A stretch of 64,000 nucleotides of DNA from an uncultured Chloroflexia bacterium. Lineage in GTDB: Bacteria > Chloroflexota > Limnocylindria > Limnocylindrales > CSP1-4. Shown here piece by piece: positions 47,549 through 57,945 of this stretch; within the stretch, counting starts at the first letter, position 1, and the number at the start of each line of letters is the position of its first letter. The stretch spans positions 160,001 to 224,000 of the forward strand of contig CAVPPB010000002.1 of NCBI GenBank assembly GCA_963707215.1, read 5' to 3'. Below the pieces are notes generated by a model that searched no databases, was not told where the DNA came from, and saw only the letters and a list, made by a program, of their open reading frames with translations. A program made the translations under genes and the position numbers.

Positions 47549-47740
47549 CTCAGCAGCCCTTGCCCTTCCTGGGCGCAGATCGCGCCCACCCGAGCGGGCC
47601 CGGTCTCGCCACTGGCCCAGCGCGACGGTCGAGGCGACCGCGTGGGGACGCCGCGCTGGCGGGAGCTCGAGTGCCCCCGCGCCTGCCCTTCGGTCGCCGG
47701 AGTATGCGCCCGGCCCGGCATCCCGTCGCGCCCGGGATCG

Positions 47741-48807
47741 TCAGGAGGCTCCGATGATCTCCAGGAGCACCGGGTAGACCTCGGACGTGCGCTGGTCGAC
47801 GCGATCCGGCCCGATGAGGTCGTGGGGCAGGTCCAGGGAGGCGGCGAACCGGTACTCGCTCGTCGCTCCCGTCGCCAGGTCCAGCCAGCGGCTCGTGAGC
47901 TCGTCGGTCAGGTCGTTGTTCACCGTGTCGTCGCCGTCGTTGACGACGGTCACGACCCGTGCCGCCCGGTGCGGGTGGTCGGCCGCATCGGCGAGGACCA
48001 TCCGACCGAGGCGCATGTAGGCGGCCGCCGAGCGGGTGTTGTTGTCCAGCCCGGCGTACGGCGCGTACTCGCCGCCCGAGGCCACCGACTCCGGGATGCC
48101 CCAGGCGAACGGCGGCAGGATATCGGCCAGGTTGACGAGCGCCGAGGTCAGGGGGGCCGGGACCTGCAGGAGGCCGAAGAACGGCGCGATCGGGACCGCC
48201 AGGTCGACGTCATCGCGGAACTGGGCGGCGTAGGCCGCGACCGAGCCGCCGCCGGACAGGCCCAGCACGGTCACCTCGTCGCCGAGACCCGCGGCGATGT
48301 CCACGGCCTCGTTGGCGTAGGCGATGAGCTCCTCGGCGGAGAGGTGCTCCAGGGTGCTGTGCTCGCGGTCCGCCTCGCCGTGCTCGGGAGCGAGGGGGAT
48401 GTAGACGTTGAAGCCCTGGGCCGCCAGCTCCTCGCCGAGCTGCTCGAACATCTGGGGGCAGTTGGTGTAGCCGTGGAAGAGGACGATCGACCGTTCCGCG
48501 CGCCCGTCGGAAGCCAGGATCCGGCTCCGGCAGGGGGGAGGAGGTCCTGGCCGGCTTCACGCCGCTCGACCTCGGCGAACCGGGCGATGGCCTCGTCGTA
48601 CGAGGCGGTCGGGTCCGCCGCCGCCGTCTCCGTCGGCACGTCCATGGGCTTGAGGAGCAGGAAGGCGGCGAAGGCGAGGACGACGAGCACGACACCACCG
48701 ACGGCGGTCAACACGACGCGGAGGGCGCGGTGCCGCGGGCGCGGCGGCGCCGTCGGGTCGCCCGGGGATCGGCTGGCAGCTTCGGGGATCGTGTGCTGGT
48801 CGGTCAT
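47741..48807 (-). CDS. Membrane-anchored alpha/beta hydrolase, frameshifted in the G6 run at 48533-48538
   Basis: N-terminal TM frame joins CRSRIL...LFHGYTNCP...GLSGGG...LPHD. Confidence 0.75.
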
Positions 48808-49102
48808 CCTGGATGTGGGCCCAGTGGCGCCAGGTCGAGGCGACGCGCTCGATCGACCGGGGCGCCATGCGCCGGAACCTTACCAACGATCGCTGACCGC
48901 CGCAGGGAACGACAGCTGAGCCCCTCGGGCGGATCGCGGTCGCAGGCCCCCACGTACGTCATCGGTCTCCAGCGGACCGCGACGAAGGTGCGACCGATCG
49001 AGTCGTCGGCCGTCGGACGTCGCGCGATGCGCCCGTCACCTACGGTCCGACCAGCAGGGCCGACCCCTCGGCCCAGGTGAGCCGAAACCGAGGTCGAGCA
49101 CG

Positions 49103-49438
49103 ATGCAGGCGTCCATCCAGCTGGGCATGTCGTCTACCCGGTCGCGTCCCCACTACATGGGCCTCGCCTTCTGGCGGGTCCCGCTGGCGCTCGCCATCGC
49201 GGCGGCCGCGATCGTCATCGGAGCGCCCGATGGGCCGGGCCCCGGCCCGACCGTCCCGCTCGCGGCGTCGGCCGACGACGTTGCCGGCTGGGCGATCGGC
49301 GACCTCCCGCTGCGGTACGAGGCCGGCAGCGAACCGGTCGACGCGGCCGGATCGCGGGCCGCCGTGCTGCGGGTTCGCGGGATCGAAGACCCGGTCGCGC
49401 GCGCCCAGGCCGAGCTCGCCGGCTGGTCGACCCGCTGA
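49103..49438 (+). CDS. Hypothetical membrane/secreted protein
   Basis: GAGG upstream; one hydrophobic segment; no recognised motif. Confidence 0.4.
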   Translation: MQASIQLGMSSTRSRPHYMGLAFWRVPLALAIAAAAIVIGAPDGPGPGPTVPLAASADDVAGWAIGDLPLRYEAGSEPVDAAGSRAAVLRVRGIEDPVARAQAELAGWSTR

Positions 49439-49509
49439 CGGCCGCGCCGGGCGGATCGGGCTCCTGGTCCGGCCCGGGCCGACTCGTCGGATGCGCGGGC
49501 CTCGCGGCC

Positions 49510-50376
49510 CTAGGCGTCCGCCCGGAGCACCGCGACGTCGACCTCGGCGGACCTGCCCCTGAGCTCGAGCCGGCGGTGCTCGAGCCCTCGATCCGGGACA
49601 TCGGCCCGCTCCAGAGCCGAGGTCGTGAGGAGGATCTCGCCCGGCCCGGCGGCCGACGCCAGGCGCGCGGCGACGTTGACCACGTCACCGAGCGCAGTGA
49701 ACTCGACGTGCTCGGCAGTCCCCACCGCTCCCACGTAGGCCACGCCCGTCGCGATGCCGGCACCGACCGGGAGCCAGGGCCCGCCAGGGTCGCCGTGGCC
49801 GGTCGCGGCGAGGAGGGCGCGAGCGGCAGCGACGGCGCGCCCAGCGTGGGCGTCCTGCGCCAGCGCCGGGATGAAGATCGCCACCACCTCGTCCCCGACG
49901 AACTTGTCGATGATGCCGTCGTGCTCGAACAGGATCCTGGTGGAGACCTTGTAGAAGCGGCTCATGAGGTGGCGGAACTCCGAGGCGGTCATCCCCTCGG
50001 CGAGGCTCGTGGACCCGCGGACATCGGCGAAGAGGAGCGAGCAGTCGATCTCCGCGCCGCCGTCGTGCTGCTCCATCGCGATGAAGCACTGCTTGCAGTA
50101 GTTCGGGTTGCGCTCCCAGGGGCTCCGGCCGAGCGGCCGCATGAAGGGAGCCACCGGCCCGGCGAACGGCGCGGCGCAGAGGTGGCAGCGGTGCGTGGCG
50201 GGCAGCCGTTGGAGCCAGCTTCGCCAGGTCCGGTACCGGGGGTCGGTTCCCTCGAGGACCCCCTTCCACATGGCGTCGAGGCGCAGATCGGCGGGTCCAG
50301 GCGCGACCGACCCGGGGTCGTCTTCTGAAGGCGATCCCGTCGGGGGATCCGTGGGACGCGGGTCTGGGGACGTCAT
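49510..50376 (-). CDS. Class III adenylate cyclase with N-terminal CxxC...CxxC domain (paralog of 36372)
   Basis: CHLCAAPF...NPNYCKQC; FADVRGST, DKFVGDEV, FTALGDVVNVAARL. Confidence 0.9.
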   Translation of the reverse strand: MTSPDPRPTDPPTGSPSEDDPGSVAPGPADLRLDAMWKGVLEGTDPRYRTWRSWLQRLPATHRCHLCAAPFAGPVAPFMRPLGRSPWERNPNYCKQCFIAMEQHDGGAEIDCSLLFADVRGSTSLAEGMTASEFRHLMSRFYKVSTRILFEHDGIIDKFVGDEVVAIFIPALAQDAHAGRAVAAARALLAATGHGDPGGPWLPVGAGIATGVAYVGAVGTAEHVEFTALGDVVNVAARLASAAGPGEILLTTSALERADVPDRGLEHRRLELRGRSAEVDVAVLRADA

Positions 50377-50563
50377 CCTGGTGGAAGGATAGCCCCCAGC
50401 GATGGACGACAGGAGCATGGCATGCGCGCCAGGTCTCGGCTGCCCCGTGGTCGACCGATGCATCCGCGGACCTGCCAGTACGCTTGATCGGGCCGGCAGG
50501 CACCACGACGTGACGTGCCAGGTCGGCGACCATCAAGAGGATCGACGCGAGAAGAGGGCCGGG

Positions 50564-51037
50564 ATGAAGGACACGCCGAAGTCGGCCAAAGGCACCGCCA
50601 AGCCGTCCGAGGGGTTCACGGACGAGGAACGAGCGGCGATGCAGGAGCGCGCCCGGGAGCTGAAGGCGGAAGCGCGCCGCGGCCCGCGCCCCAAGGCGGC
50701 CAAGGCCGACGGTGAGGCCGACCTGCTCGCGAAGATCGCCGAGATGCCGCAGGCGGACCGGGCCTTGGCCGAGCGGCTCCATGCGCTCGTCATGGCCAGC
50801 GCACCGGCACTGTCACCGCGGACCTGGTACGGGATGCCCGCCTACGCCAAGGACGGCAAGGTGATCTGCTTCTTCCAGGCCGCCTCGAAGTTCAAGGTCC
50901 GCTACGCGACGTTCGGCTTCCAGCCCGATGCGAACCTCGATGACGGCACCATGTGGCCGACCTCCTGGGCGCTGACCGAGCTGACGGACGCCGACGAGGC
51001 CAGGATCGCCGAGCTGGTGAAGAGGGCAGTGCTCTGA
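50564..51037 (+). CDS. DUF1801/YdhG-family protein
   Basis: [30 protein letters not shown]. Confidence 0.85.
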   Translation: MKDTPKSAKGTAKPSEGFTDEERAAMQERARELKAEARRGPRPKAAKADGEADLLAKIAEMPQADRALAERLHALVMASAPALSPRTWYGMPAYAKDGKVICFFQAASKFKVRYATFGFQPDANLDDGTMWPTSWALTELTDADEARIAELVKRAVL

Positions 51038-51052
51038 GTCGGTCGTCGGGTG

Positions 51053-51736
51053 TCAGGCCTCGTCCGCGGGCGAGAGGTCCTTGTCCTCCATCTCCCACGC
51101 ATGGTCGAGCGTGTGGAAGCCCGAGTGGCGGATCAGGAACGGCAAGGTCCATGAGCGCATGCGCCGCTTGACCTCCCCGGCGTGGTAGGCGCGCATCGCC
51201 GCGACGTAGGCCTCCCGATGCGCGCGCAGTCCGTCCGGGCTGAGTGCCGCGCCCTCGCGCGTCCGCAACCCCACCTGCTTCGCGAAGTACTCGCTCTCGG
51301 TGCGGATGGTATGGCGGATGATCTGGTCGCGGTCGCGCCCTCCCCCGCGCGGCCCGCGGCGCATCCCGGCCGAGACCCGTGCCGCCACGGCGTCGAAGTA
51401 CGCCCAGGAGGCTCGCAACAGGACGATGCCGCGCTCGAGCTCCGCGTCGCTCATGGCCTCCCGCTCGGCCGCGCAGGGCGAGAAGGAGATGCCCCAGAAG
51501 TCGGTCGATCCCGTCCCGGTCCGGTCCTCCACGACGGCGAGCGGCCCGGCGGCGTCGAACTCCTCGTCCAGCCCGGCGAGGCTCGCGACCGGCTGGTAGC
51601 GCTCCCGATACGACTCGAGCGTCTCCAGGGCGAGCTCGGCCGTCTTCGCGCCCCGGCTCCACCCGGGCCAGTCGAGGCAGAAGGCGACCGACCGCTTCCC
51701 CTTGGGACCTCGCTCCACGACCGTGCGCACAGGCAT
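51053..51736 (-). CDS. Conserved-looking hypothetical protein (DinB-like C-terminus)
   Basis: DWPGWSR, GPRGGGRDRDQIIRH, HTLDHAWEMED. Confidence 0.75.
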   Translation of the reverse strand: MPVRTVVERGPKGKRSVAFCLDWPGWSRGAKTAELALETLESYRERYQPVASLAGLDEEFDAAGPLAVVEDRTGTGSTDFWGISFSPCAAEREAMSDAELERGIVLLRASWAYFDAVAARVSAGMRRGPRGGGRDRDQIIRHTIRTESEYFAKQVGLRTREGAALSPDGLRAHREAYVAAMRAYHAGEVKRRMRSWTLPFLIRHSGFHTLDHAWEMEDKDLSPADEA

Positions 51737-51912
51737 GCCTGACTATCGCATGCGCCGAGCGGATCCCGCGAGGTCGCCGGTCGTCGTGGCCGCGTTGCCG
51801 ATCATCCTGGTCCGGGTCCGCGTCGTGGTCCCGCGAACCGCTCCACCATCACCGGGACGCGATGGCCGCGTCGGCCCGCCACGCCCCAGGCCGAGAGCGC
51901 ACCAGCTCGAAG

Positions 51913-53163
51913 TCAGCCAGGGACGTTGACGTCCACCCAGACGAGGCGATGGTCCGAGCTCGGGAAGGGGAACACGCCGGTGAGGGCGGACAGCGGATCG
52001 GCCAGGACCGGCCAGAAGACCGCCGCCTCGACGATCCGCATGTTCCTGCGTGGCAGCACGTAGTCCGCTCGCAGGTTGCCGGGTGCGCCGTCGGCGAAGT
52101 CGGCGGTGTCGAAGCGCGGATCGCTCAGTTGCGACGTATTCGCGCCGCCCTGGAGCGCTGAGGCCTCGACGGCGCCCTCGCTCTCCGGCGTGATCGTCGC
52201 GTTGACGAGTGGGTGGTCGAGGAGCTGCTGGATCGAGCCCGGGATGCTGTCACCGTCGAGCGGATCGCTGTTCTGGTCACCGGCGATGACGAACAGGTCG
52301 CCCGGGGCGAGGCCACCCCAGCCACCCTCGTCGTCGTAGATGTAGGCGGAGGCCGGGCCGGGCGTCACGTAGTCGGCCCAGAACCGGATCTCGTCGCTGT
52401 TGCGGGTGCCGTTGCGATCCTCGGGCCCGTCGAAGACCGGCGGCGTCGGGTGGCTGACCAGGAAGTGGACCGCCCGATGGCCGACGTCGACGGGCACATC
52501 CCAATGGCTCTTGGACGAGAGCCGGAACACCGCGAGCTCATCCGACGAGTACCAGTCGGCCGAGGCCGGCGTTGCCGGGTCGTCGGGCAGCAGTGCGCCA
52601 GGCATGTCCTTCCAGAGGAAGTGCTGGAACGTCCGGATGGCGTCATGGTCGATCGGGAAGCGCGACAGGACGGCCATCCCGAACTGACCCGGGAAGAAGC
52701 CGAAGCCGAAGGCGTCGTCGGGGCCGCCGACGACCCCATTGTTGTTGAGGTCGAAGCCGGACGGGATGCCGGTGTTGGACTCGGCAACGAACGCGTACGG
52801 ATACTCGATGGGTGCTGCGCCGTTCTGCCCGACGGCCAGGTAGTTGTCGCGGAGCGCGTCGACAAGTGGCCCATCGGGGTGCTCGGCGGTGGGGGCGTAG
52901 TAGTCGAACTCGTTGATCAGCAGCACATCCGGTCGGACGCGCTGGATGATCTCGGCCACCGCTGCAGCCTGGGCGTTCCCGGGCGCGGAGAGATCGGCCA
53001 GGGCCTGGCCGGCGGAGCTCCGGTTCAGCGACGCGTTGAAGGTCGCGAACCGGATCGTCGCGTCGGATCTGCCGACGGCCGATGGTGCGGCCACCAGCCC
53101 GGCGAGCAAGGCGATCGCGGCGCCAGTGACGATGAGGACACGTAGGCGGTTCGGTGACGACAT
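51913..53163 (-). CDS. Secreted endonuclease/exonuclease/phosphatase-family protein
   Basis: Signal peptide; FATFNASL, DVLLINE, AGDQNSD, LRADYVLP, SDH. Confidence 0.88.
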   Translation of the reverse strand: MSSPNRLRVLIVTGAAIALLAGLVAAPSAVGRSDATIRFATFNASLNRSSAGQALADLSAPGNAQAAAVAEIIQRVRPDVLLINEFDYYAPTAEHPDGPLVDALRDNYLAVGQNGAAPIEYPYAFVAESNTGIPSGFDLNNNGVVGGPDDAFGFGFFPGQFGMAVLSRFPIDHDAIRTFQHFLWKDMPGALLPDDPATPASADWYSSDELAVFRLSSKSHWDVPVDVGHRAVHFLVSHPTPPVFDGPEDRNGTRNSDEIRFWADYVTPGPASAYIYDDEGGWGGLAPGDLFVIAGDQNSDPLDGDSIPGSIQQLLDHPLVNATITPESEGAVEASALQGGANTSQLSDPRFDTADFADGAPGNLRADYVLPRRNMRIVEAAVFWPVLADPLSALTGVFPFPSSDHRLVWVDVNVPG

Positions 53164-53294
53164 CGTGAGCCTCCCAAGGACGCGGCGGCCGCCCTCCGCG
53201 GCCGCGGCTTCGGCTATCCCCCCGTCGACGTTGTGCACAGGGTGGACCACTCGGGAGCAGTTGTCACCATCGGACCCACGGCCGCGTGCCCAGG

Positions 53295-53730
53295 TCAGTC
53301 CGCCTCGATGACCTCCCAGCCGGCCGCGGTCGCGGCGCGTCAGAGGCCTCGATCCGGCGCCACCGCGATCGCCCGTCGGGCGAGCTCGAGCAGGGGGATG
53401 TCGGCGGCGGTGTCGCCGAGGGCGGCGAGGACCTCGCCTCCCGCCGCGAAGGCTCGGACCGAGGCGGCCTTCTGCTCCCCGCTCTGGGTCGGCGCGGCGA
53501 GGGAGCCGGTGGCGATGCCGTCCCGGATCTCGAGCGGCATTCCGAGTGCGACGCCGGCCCCGACGAAGCGGGCGATCGCGTCACCGACCGGCTGAGGGCA
53601 CCGGCCGCGATGACGACCCGGACCGCCTCGTCGGATGCGCGGGCCTCGCGTGCGGCCACCTCGAGCGCGTCGACGGCCGGCTGGCGTCGGGCGGGCCAGA
53701 GATGCGCCTCGGCCACCCCGGCTGATCGTC
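53295..53730 (-). pseudogene. HAD-IB hydrolase remnant
   Basis: GEQKA...ALGDTAADIPLLELA...AVAPD motifs; in-frame TGA at 53340, frameshift near 53595, motif I missing. Confidence 0.65.
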
Positions 53731-53776
53731 CTCAGAGGCCACGACCCGGACTTCCCGCGCCTCCTCTCGAAGACGC

Positions 53777-55954
53777 TCACGGTGGACTGAGGAGCCGGTA
53801 CACGTTCGGGCCGGCGACCCACACGGCGCCGTCCGGGGCGACCGACACGTCGCTGGACCAGAGACCCGGCACCGATCGGTGCCATCGCCCTCCGTCGAAC
53901 GTCGCGACGCCGTCGCCGACCGCGATCAGACTGCCGTCGGGGAGCAGCGCGAGCTCGTGGAGGTAGCCTGGGTCGCCGCCACCACCATCGTTCACCCACC
54001 GCCCTTCGATCACCCGCCAGACGGTGGTCCGCGGTGCGTCATCGGCCTCGTGCCATTGCCGGACCGCCACCCACAGCACCCCGTCTCGGTCGACGGCGAT
54101 CGCTGCCGGATCGACGTTGGCGTCAGGCTGGTCCACGGGCGGCAGGGCGACGACCTCCCACGACCCACCGACGGATCGTGACAGGGCATTGCCCCAGCTT
54201 CGCTCGAGGAGCCAGATCGTCCCGTCGTCAGCGGCCGCGATCGTCGACCAGCACGGACCAGCGATCGGCGGTGCACGAAGGAGGCTCGCCTCCCATGCGC
54301 TCCCGGCCGGTCGAAGCGCCACCAGTCGGTTCGCCGAGCGCGGTCCCGCGTAATACGCGACCCCGTCCGGGCCGACGGTGATGGCACCGCCGCAGCCTGC
54401 GTCGGCGTCGATGGATGCGAGCGCCACCCTCGCTACCACGTCGCCAAGATCGATCCAGGCCCCATCGCGGCGGACCAGCGGGCCGGAGCTGGTGGCCAGC
54501 CAGATCGCTCCGTCCGGGGTGACCGCCGCCTGCCCGACGGTCGCTTCGACCGGCAACCGCTCCGCGTGCCAGGCAGCACCGTCGAAGCGGAAGACCCCGC
54601 CGGGCTCGGGGGCGCCGGCGGCCCAGGCGTCGGGCTCCGATACCGCCCAGACCTCATCGCGCGAGATCGCGGCGATCGTCGCCACATCGCCCTTCGGGCC
54701 CGATCCCGCCGGCGGCGATCCTGACGGCGTCGACACGGCGAGCCGCCGCCACCTCCCATCCACGAGCCGGTACAGCCCGGCCCCGGTCGACACGAGCACG
54801 GAGCCGGCTCGGGGCAGGACGATCGCCCCCGGCCAGCTGACCTCGTCGGCCGAGGGCAGTCCGTCGAGCTCGTCCCAGGTGGTCAGCGTGGACCCGTCGT
54901 ACGCGTGGATCCGAACGCCGCACGGATCCGGACCGCAGTCCTCGCGGACGAACCAGAGGCGGCCGTCGTCCCCGACAGCGCTGAGCGACTCGCTCCTCTC
55001 GAGGTCCGGGACCCCGTAGCCCATCCAGCGGCCCTCACTGAACCGCGCCAGGTGCGCCAGCCCTCGGACCCAGACGCTGCCGTCAGCGGAGGCGGAGAGC
55101 CATCTGCCCCAGCCATCCCAGAGGACCCGCACGTCCCGCAGGTCCTCCCTGCCGAAGCTCGTCCAGGCCGACCCGTCCCAGACGGAGACGCCCAGCCGGC
55201 GCTCATAGTCCTGTCGTCGCTCGAGGTCGGCGGTCCACACCCGGCCCTCGGCGTCGACGATGAGCTCGGCCACGCCCAGGCCCTGGCGGCCCGGAGGCTC
55301 GCTGGACCAGACCCCGTCGACCCAACGGATCAGGCCGTACCGATCGGTCACTGCCCATAGGCTGCCGTCGGCGGCCTCGACGACGGACCACGCCTGCCCC
55401 GGCGTCTGGATGACCGCCCGGAATACCTCGCCGTCGAACAGGCGGATCGCCTCCGGCCCCACCAGCCAGACCCCGCCACGTCGTGCCGCGACGAGGTAGT
55501 CCCAGGCGAAGGCCGGATCGTCGGCAAGGGTCCATTCGCGGGCCCGGCCGGTCCGCGGGTCGACGTTGACGACAGCGCCCGCGCGGGACGTCCAGATCGT
55601 GCCGTCGACGTCGGCGACGAGGTCCCCGGTCGCCGGGTCACCGGTGTCGGCCACGAGGATCCCGGTCGGGACGAGCTCCACCGTGGCGGCCGGGGCGGCC
55701 ATGGGTACGAGCGTGGGCTCGGGGGTGGGCGTGGGGGTCGGCCGGGCCGTGGGTCGCGGGGTCGCTTCCGCGACCGGACCGCTGGCGCCGGGGAGTCCTG
55801 GCGAAGCTCCGGGATCGCCACCCTCGTCGAGGCTGGCCAGGAGCCCGACGCCCACGACGAGCACGGACGCGGCGACCACCACGGCGACCTGGACCCGGGA
55901 ACGAACGCTCCGGATCGTTCCTCGGAAGGCGGCCTGCTCGTCCGACGGGTGCAC
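53777..55954 (-). CDS. Membrane-anchored extracellular beta-propeller protein
   Basis: N-terminal TM, PTPTPT linker, many DGxxW blade repeats. Confidence 0.75.
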   Translation of the reverse strand: MHPSDEQAAFRGTIRSVRSRVQVAVVVAASVLVVGVGLLASLDEGGDPGASPGLPGASGPVAEATPRPTARPTPTPTPEPTLVPMAAPAATVELVPTGILVADTGDPATGDLVADVDGTIWTSRAGAVVNVDPRTGRAREWTLADDPAFAWDYLVAARRGGVWLVGPEAIRLFDGEVFRAVIQTPGQAWSVVEAADGSLWAVTDRYGLIRWVDGVWSSEPPGRQGLGVAELIVDAEGRVWTADLERRQDYERRLGVSVWDGSAWTSFGREDLRDVRVLWDGWGRWLSASADGSVWVRGLAHLARFSEGRWMGYGVPDLERSESLSAVGDDGRLWFVREDCGPDPCGVRIHAYDGSTLTTWDELDGLPSADEVSWPGAIVLPRAGSVLVSTGAGLYRLVDGRWRRLAVSTPSGSPPAGSGPKGDVATIAAISRDEVWAVSEPDAWAAGAPEPGGVFRFDGAAWHAERLPVEATVGQAAVTPDGAIWLATSSGPLVRRDGAWIDLGDVVARVALASIDADAGCGGAITVGPDGVAYYAGPRSANRLVALRPAGSAWEASLLRAPPIAGPCWSTIAAADDGTIWLLERSWGNALSRSVGGSWEVVALPPVDQPDANVDPAAIAVDRDGVLWVAVRQWHEADDAPRTTVWRVIEGRWVNDGGGGDPGYLHELALLPDGSLIAVGDGVATFDGGRWHRSVPGLWSSDVSVAPDGAVWVAGPNVYRLLSPP

Positions 55955-56220
55955 GTGTCGCCCGAACCTGTGATCGCGCCGTGGCCCCGTGCGGCAGCGA
56001 AGCCCGTCACCAGCGGCGCGGCGTCACCTCCTGCGCGTCCCCCGAATCTGCGACGAGCGCTCGCGGTCGGTGACGGCCATCGGACCTGAAATCCCCGTCG
56101 GCCGGACCCGAAGCGTCGGACAGGGAGACACCGGGATCGCCCGCTGGAGGGCACGGTTCACCGGCCGGGCGACGGGCCGTCGCCACGGTCTGGCCCCCTG
56201 AGACGCCGGCGCGCGATCCG

Positions 56221-57933
56221 TCAGTCGCCGCTCGACGTCCTCGCAGCGACCTCGGCCCGCAGATCCTTCCGCAGGATCTTGCCGACCATCGTCTTGGGAA
56301 GCGAGTCCCGGACCTCGATCGCGGTCGGGATCTTGAACCGGGCGAGGTTCGCCCGGCAGTGCGCGAGCAGGTCGTCGATCGTCGCCGTCGACCCCTCGGC
56401 CAGGACGACGAAGGCGTGCGGCACCTCGCCGTAGTGGGCGTCGGGCACACCGATGACGGCCGCATCGATGACCGCCGGGTGGCCCAGGAGGACCTCCTCG
56501 ACCTCGCGCGGGTAGACGTTCATCCCGCCGACGATCACGAGATCCTTGGCCCGATCGACGATCCTGAAGTAGCCATCGGCATCGCAGGTCGCCATGTCGC
56601 CCGTCCGAAGCCAGCCGTCGCGGAGGACAGCCGCCGTCTCGTCCATGTTCTGCCAGTAGCCGGCCATGACCTGCGGACCGGACACCTCGAGCTCGCCGAC
56701 CTCGCCCGGTGGTCGCTCGACGCCGGTCTCTGGGTCGATGACCCGGGCATCGGTCGACGGGAACGGCAGCCCGATCGTGCCAAGCTGGCGGTCGCCGTCG
56801 ATCGGGTTGCAGTGGGTCACCGGCGCCGCCTCGGTCAGGCCGTAGCCCTCCGAGACCCGGGCGCCGGTGATCTCCTCGAAGGCTCCCTGGATCTCTCCCG
56901 GCAGCGGCGCGGCGCCGCTGATGCAGGCCTCCAGGCTCGTCAGATCGTGCCGAGGGGCCTTGGGGTGGCGGGCGATCGTGTCGTACATGATCGGGGCGCC
57001 GGGGAAGAGCTGGGGGCGGTACCGATCGATCCCCTTGAGGATCGCATCCGGATCGAACCGGGGCACGAGGATGAGGGTCCCCCCCAGGAGGATCCCGTAG
57101 TCCATCGCGACGGTGAGCCCGTAGATGTGGAAGAAGGGCAGCGCGCAGAGGACGGTGGTGTGGTCACGCTCGCCGGCACGGGGGAACCACGCCGAGACCT
57201 GGGTGGCGTTGGCGACGAGGTTCCGGTGCGTGAGCATCGCCGCCTTCGGGATGCCGGTCGTGCCGCCCGTCGGCTGGAGGATCGCGAGGTCGTTGGGCGC
57301 GGCTCCTGACTCGACCCGCTCCCATGGCGTCTCCTCGAGGAGGCGGAACAGGTTCGGCGTCTCGGCGGTGTGCGGCTGGGGGTTCCAGCGACCCTCGCGA
57401 CGGGCCTTCAGCGGATACAGCCACTTGATCGGGATCGGGAGCGAGTCCTGGATGCCGGTCAGGACGAGCCGACCCGGCCGGCCGGCGTCGGCCGCGCCCT
57501 CGAGCGCGTGGAAGCGCGGGACCAGCAGGTCGAGCGCGACCGAGACCTTCGGCTCGGTCTGACCGAACAGGATCCCAAGCTCCCGCTCCACGTAGAGCGG
57601 ATTCATCGGCACGGCCAGGGCTCCGGCCCGGAGCGCCCCGAAGAACGCGATCACGAAGGCCGGCGAGGTGGGCAGGTGGAGACTGACCCGATCGCCCTTC
57701 TCCACCCCCATCCGGTGGAGGGCGAGGGCGAACCGGTCGACCGACCGATCGAGCTCCTCGTAGCTCGTCTTCGCCCCGAAGAAGATGAGCGCGTCCCGAT
57801 CGGGATGGCGCTCGGCGCTCCGGCGCAGGAGGCCGTCGATCGGCATCGCCGGGACCTCGACCTCGGCCGGGACGCCTGCGTCGTAGTGGGTGAGCCAGGG
57901 CCGCTCGGTCCTGGTCAGCTGTGCGGTCGCCAT
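56221..57933 (-). CDS. fadD: Long-chain fatty acid-CoA ligase
   Basis: TGGTTGIPK, EGYGLTE, LRTGD, VYPREVEE, VGKILRK. Confidence 0.9.
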   Translation of the reverse strand: MATAQLTRTERPWLTHYDAGVPAEVEVPAMPIDGLLRRSAERHPDRDALIFFGAKTSYEELDRSVDRFALALHRMGVEKGDRVSLHLPTSPAFVIAFFGALRAGALAVPMNPLYVERELGILFGQTEPKVSVALDLLVPRFHALEGAADAGRPGRLVLTGIQDSLPIPIKWLYPLKARREGRWNPQPHTAETPNLFRLLEETPWERVESGAAPNDLAILQPTGGTTGIPKAAMLTHRNLVANATQVSAWFPRAGERDHTTVLCALPFFHIYGLTVAMDYGILLGGTLILVPRFDPDAILKGIDRYRPQLFPGAPIMYDTIARHPKAPRHDLTSLEACISGAAPLPGEIQGAFEEITGARVSEGYGLTEAAPVTHCNPIDGDRQLGTIGLPFPSTDARVIDPETGVERPPGEVGELEVSGPQVMAGYWQNMDETAAVLRDGWLRTGDMATCDADGYFRIVDRAKDLVIVGGMNVYPREVEEVLLGHPAVIDAAVIGVPDAHYGEVPHAFVVLAEGSTATIDDLLAHCRANLARFKIPTAIEVRDSLPKTMVGKILRKDLRAEVAARTSSGD

Positions 57934-57945
57934 CTCGACCCCCTT

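Noticed and set aside
53340-53342. In-frame TGA as selenocysteine or readthrough
   Set aside because: It falls at a non-catalytic position (likely CGA to TGA) in a gene that is also truncated and frameshifted.
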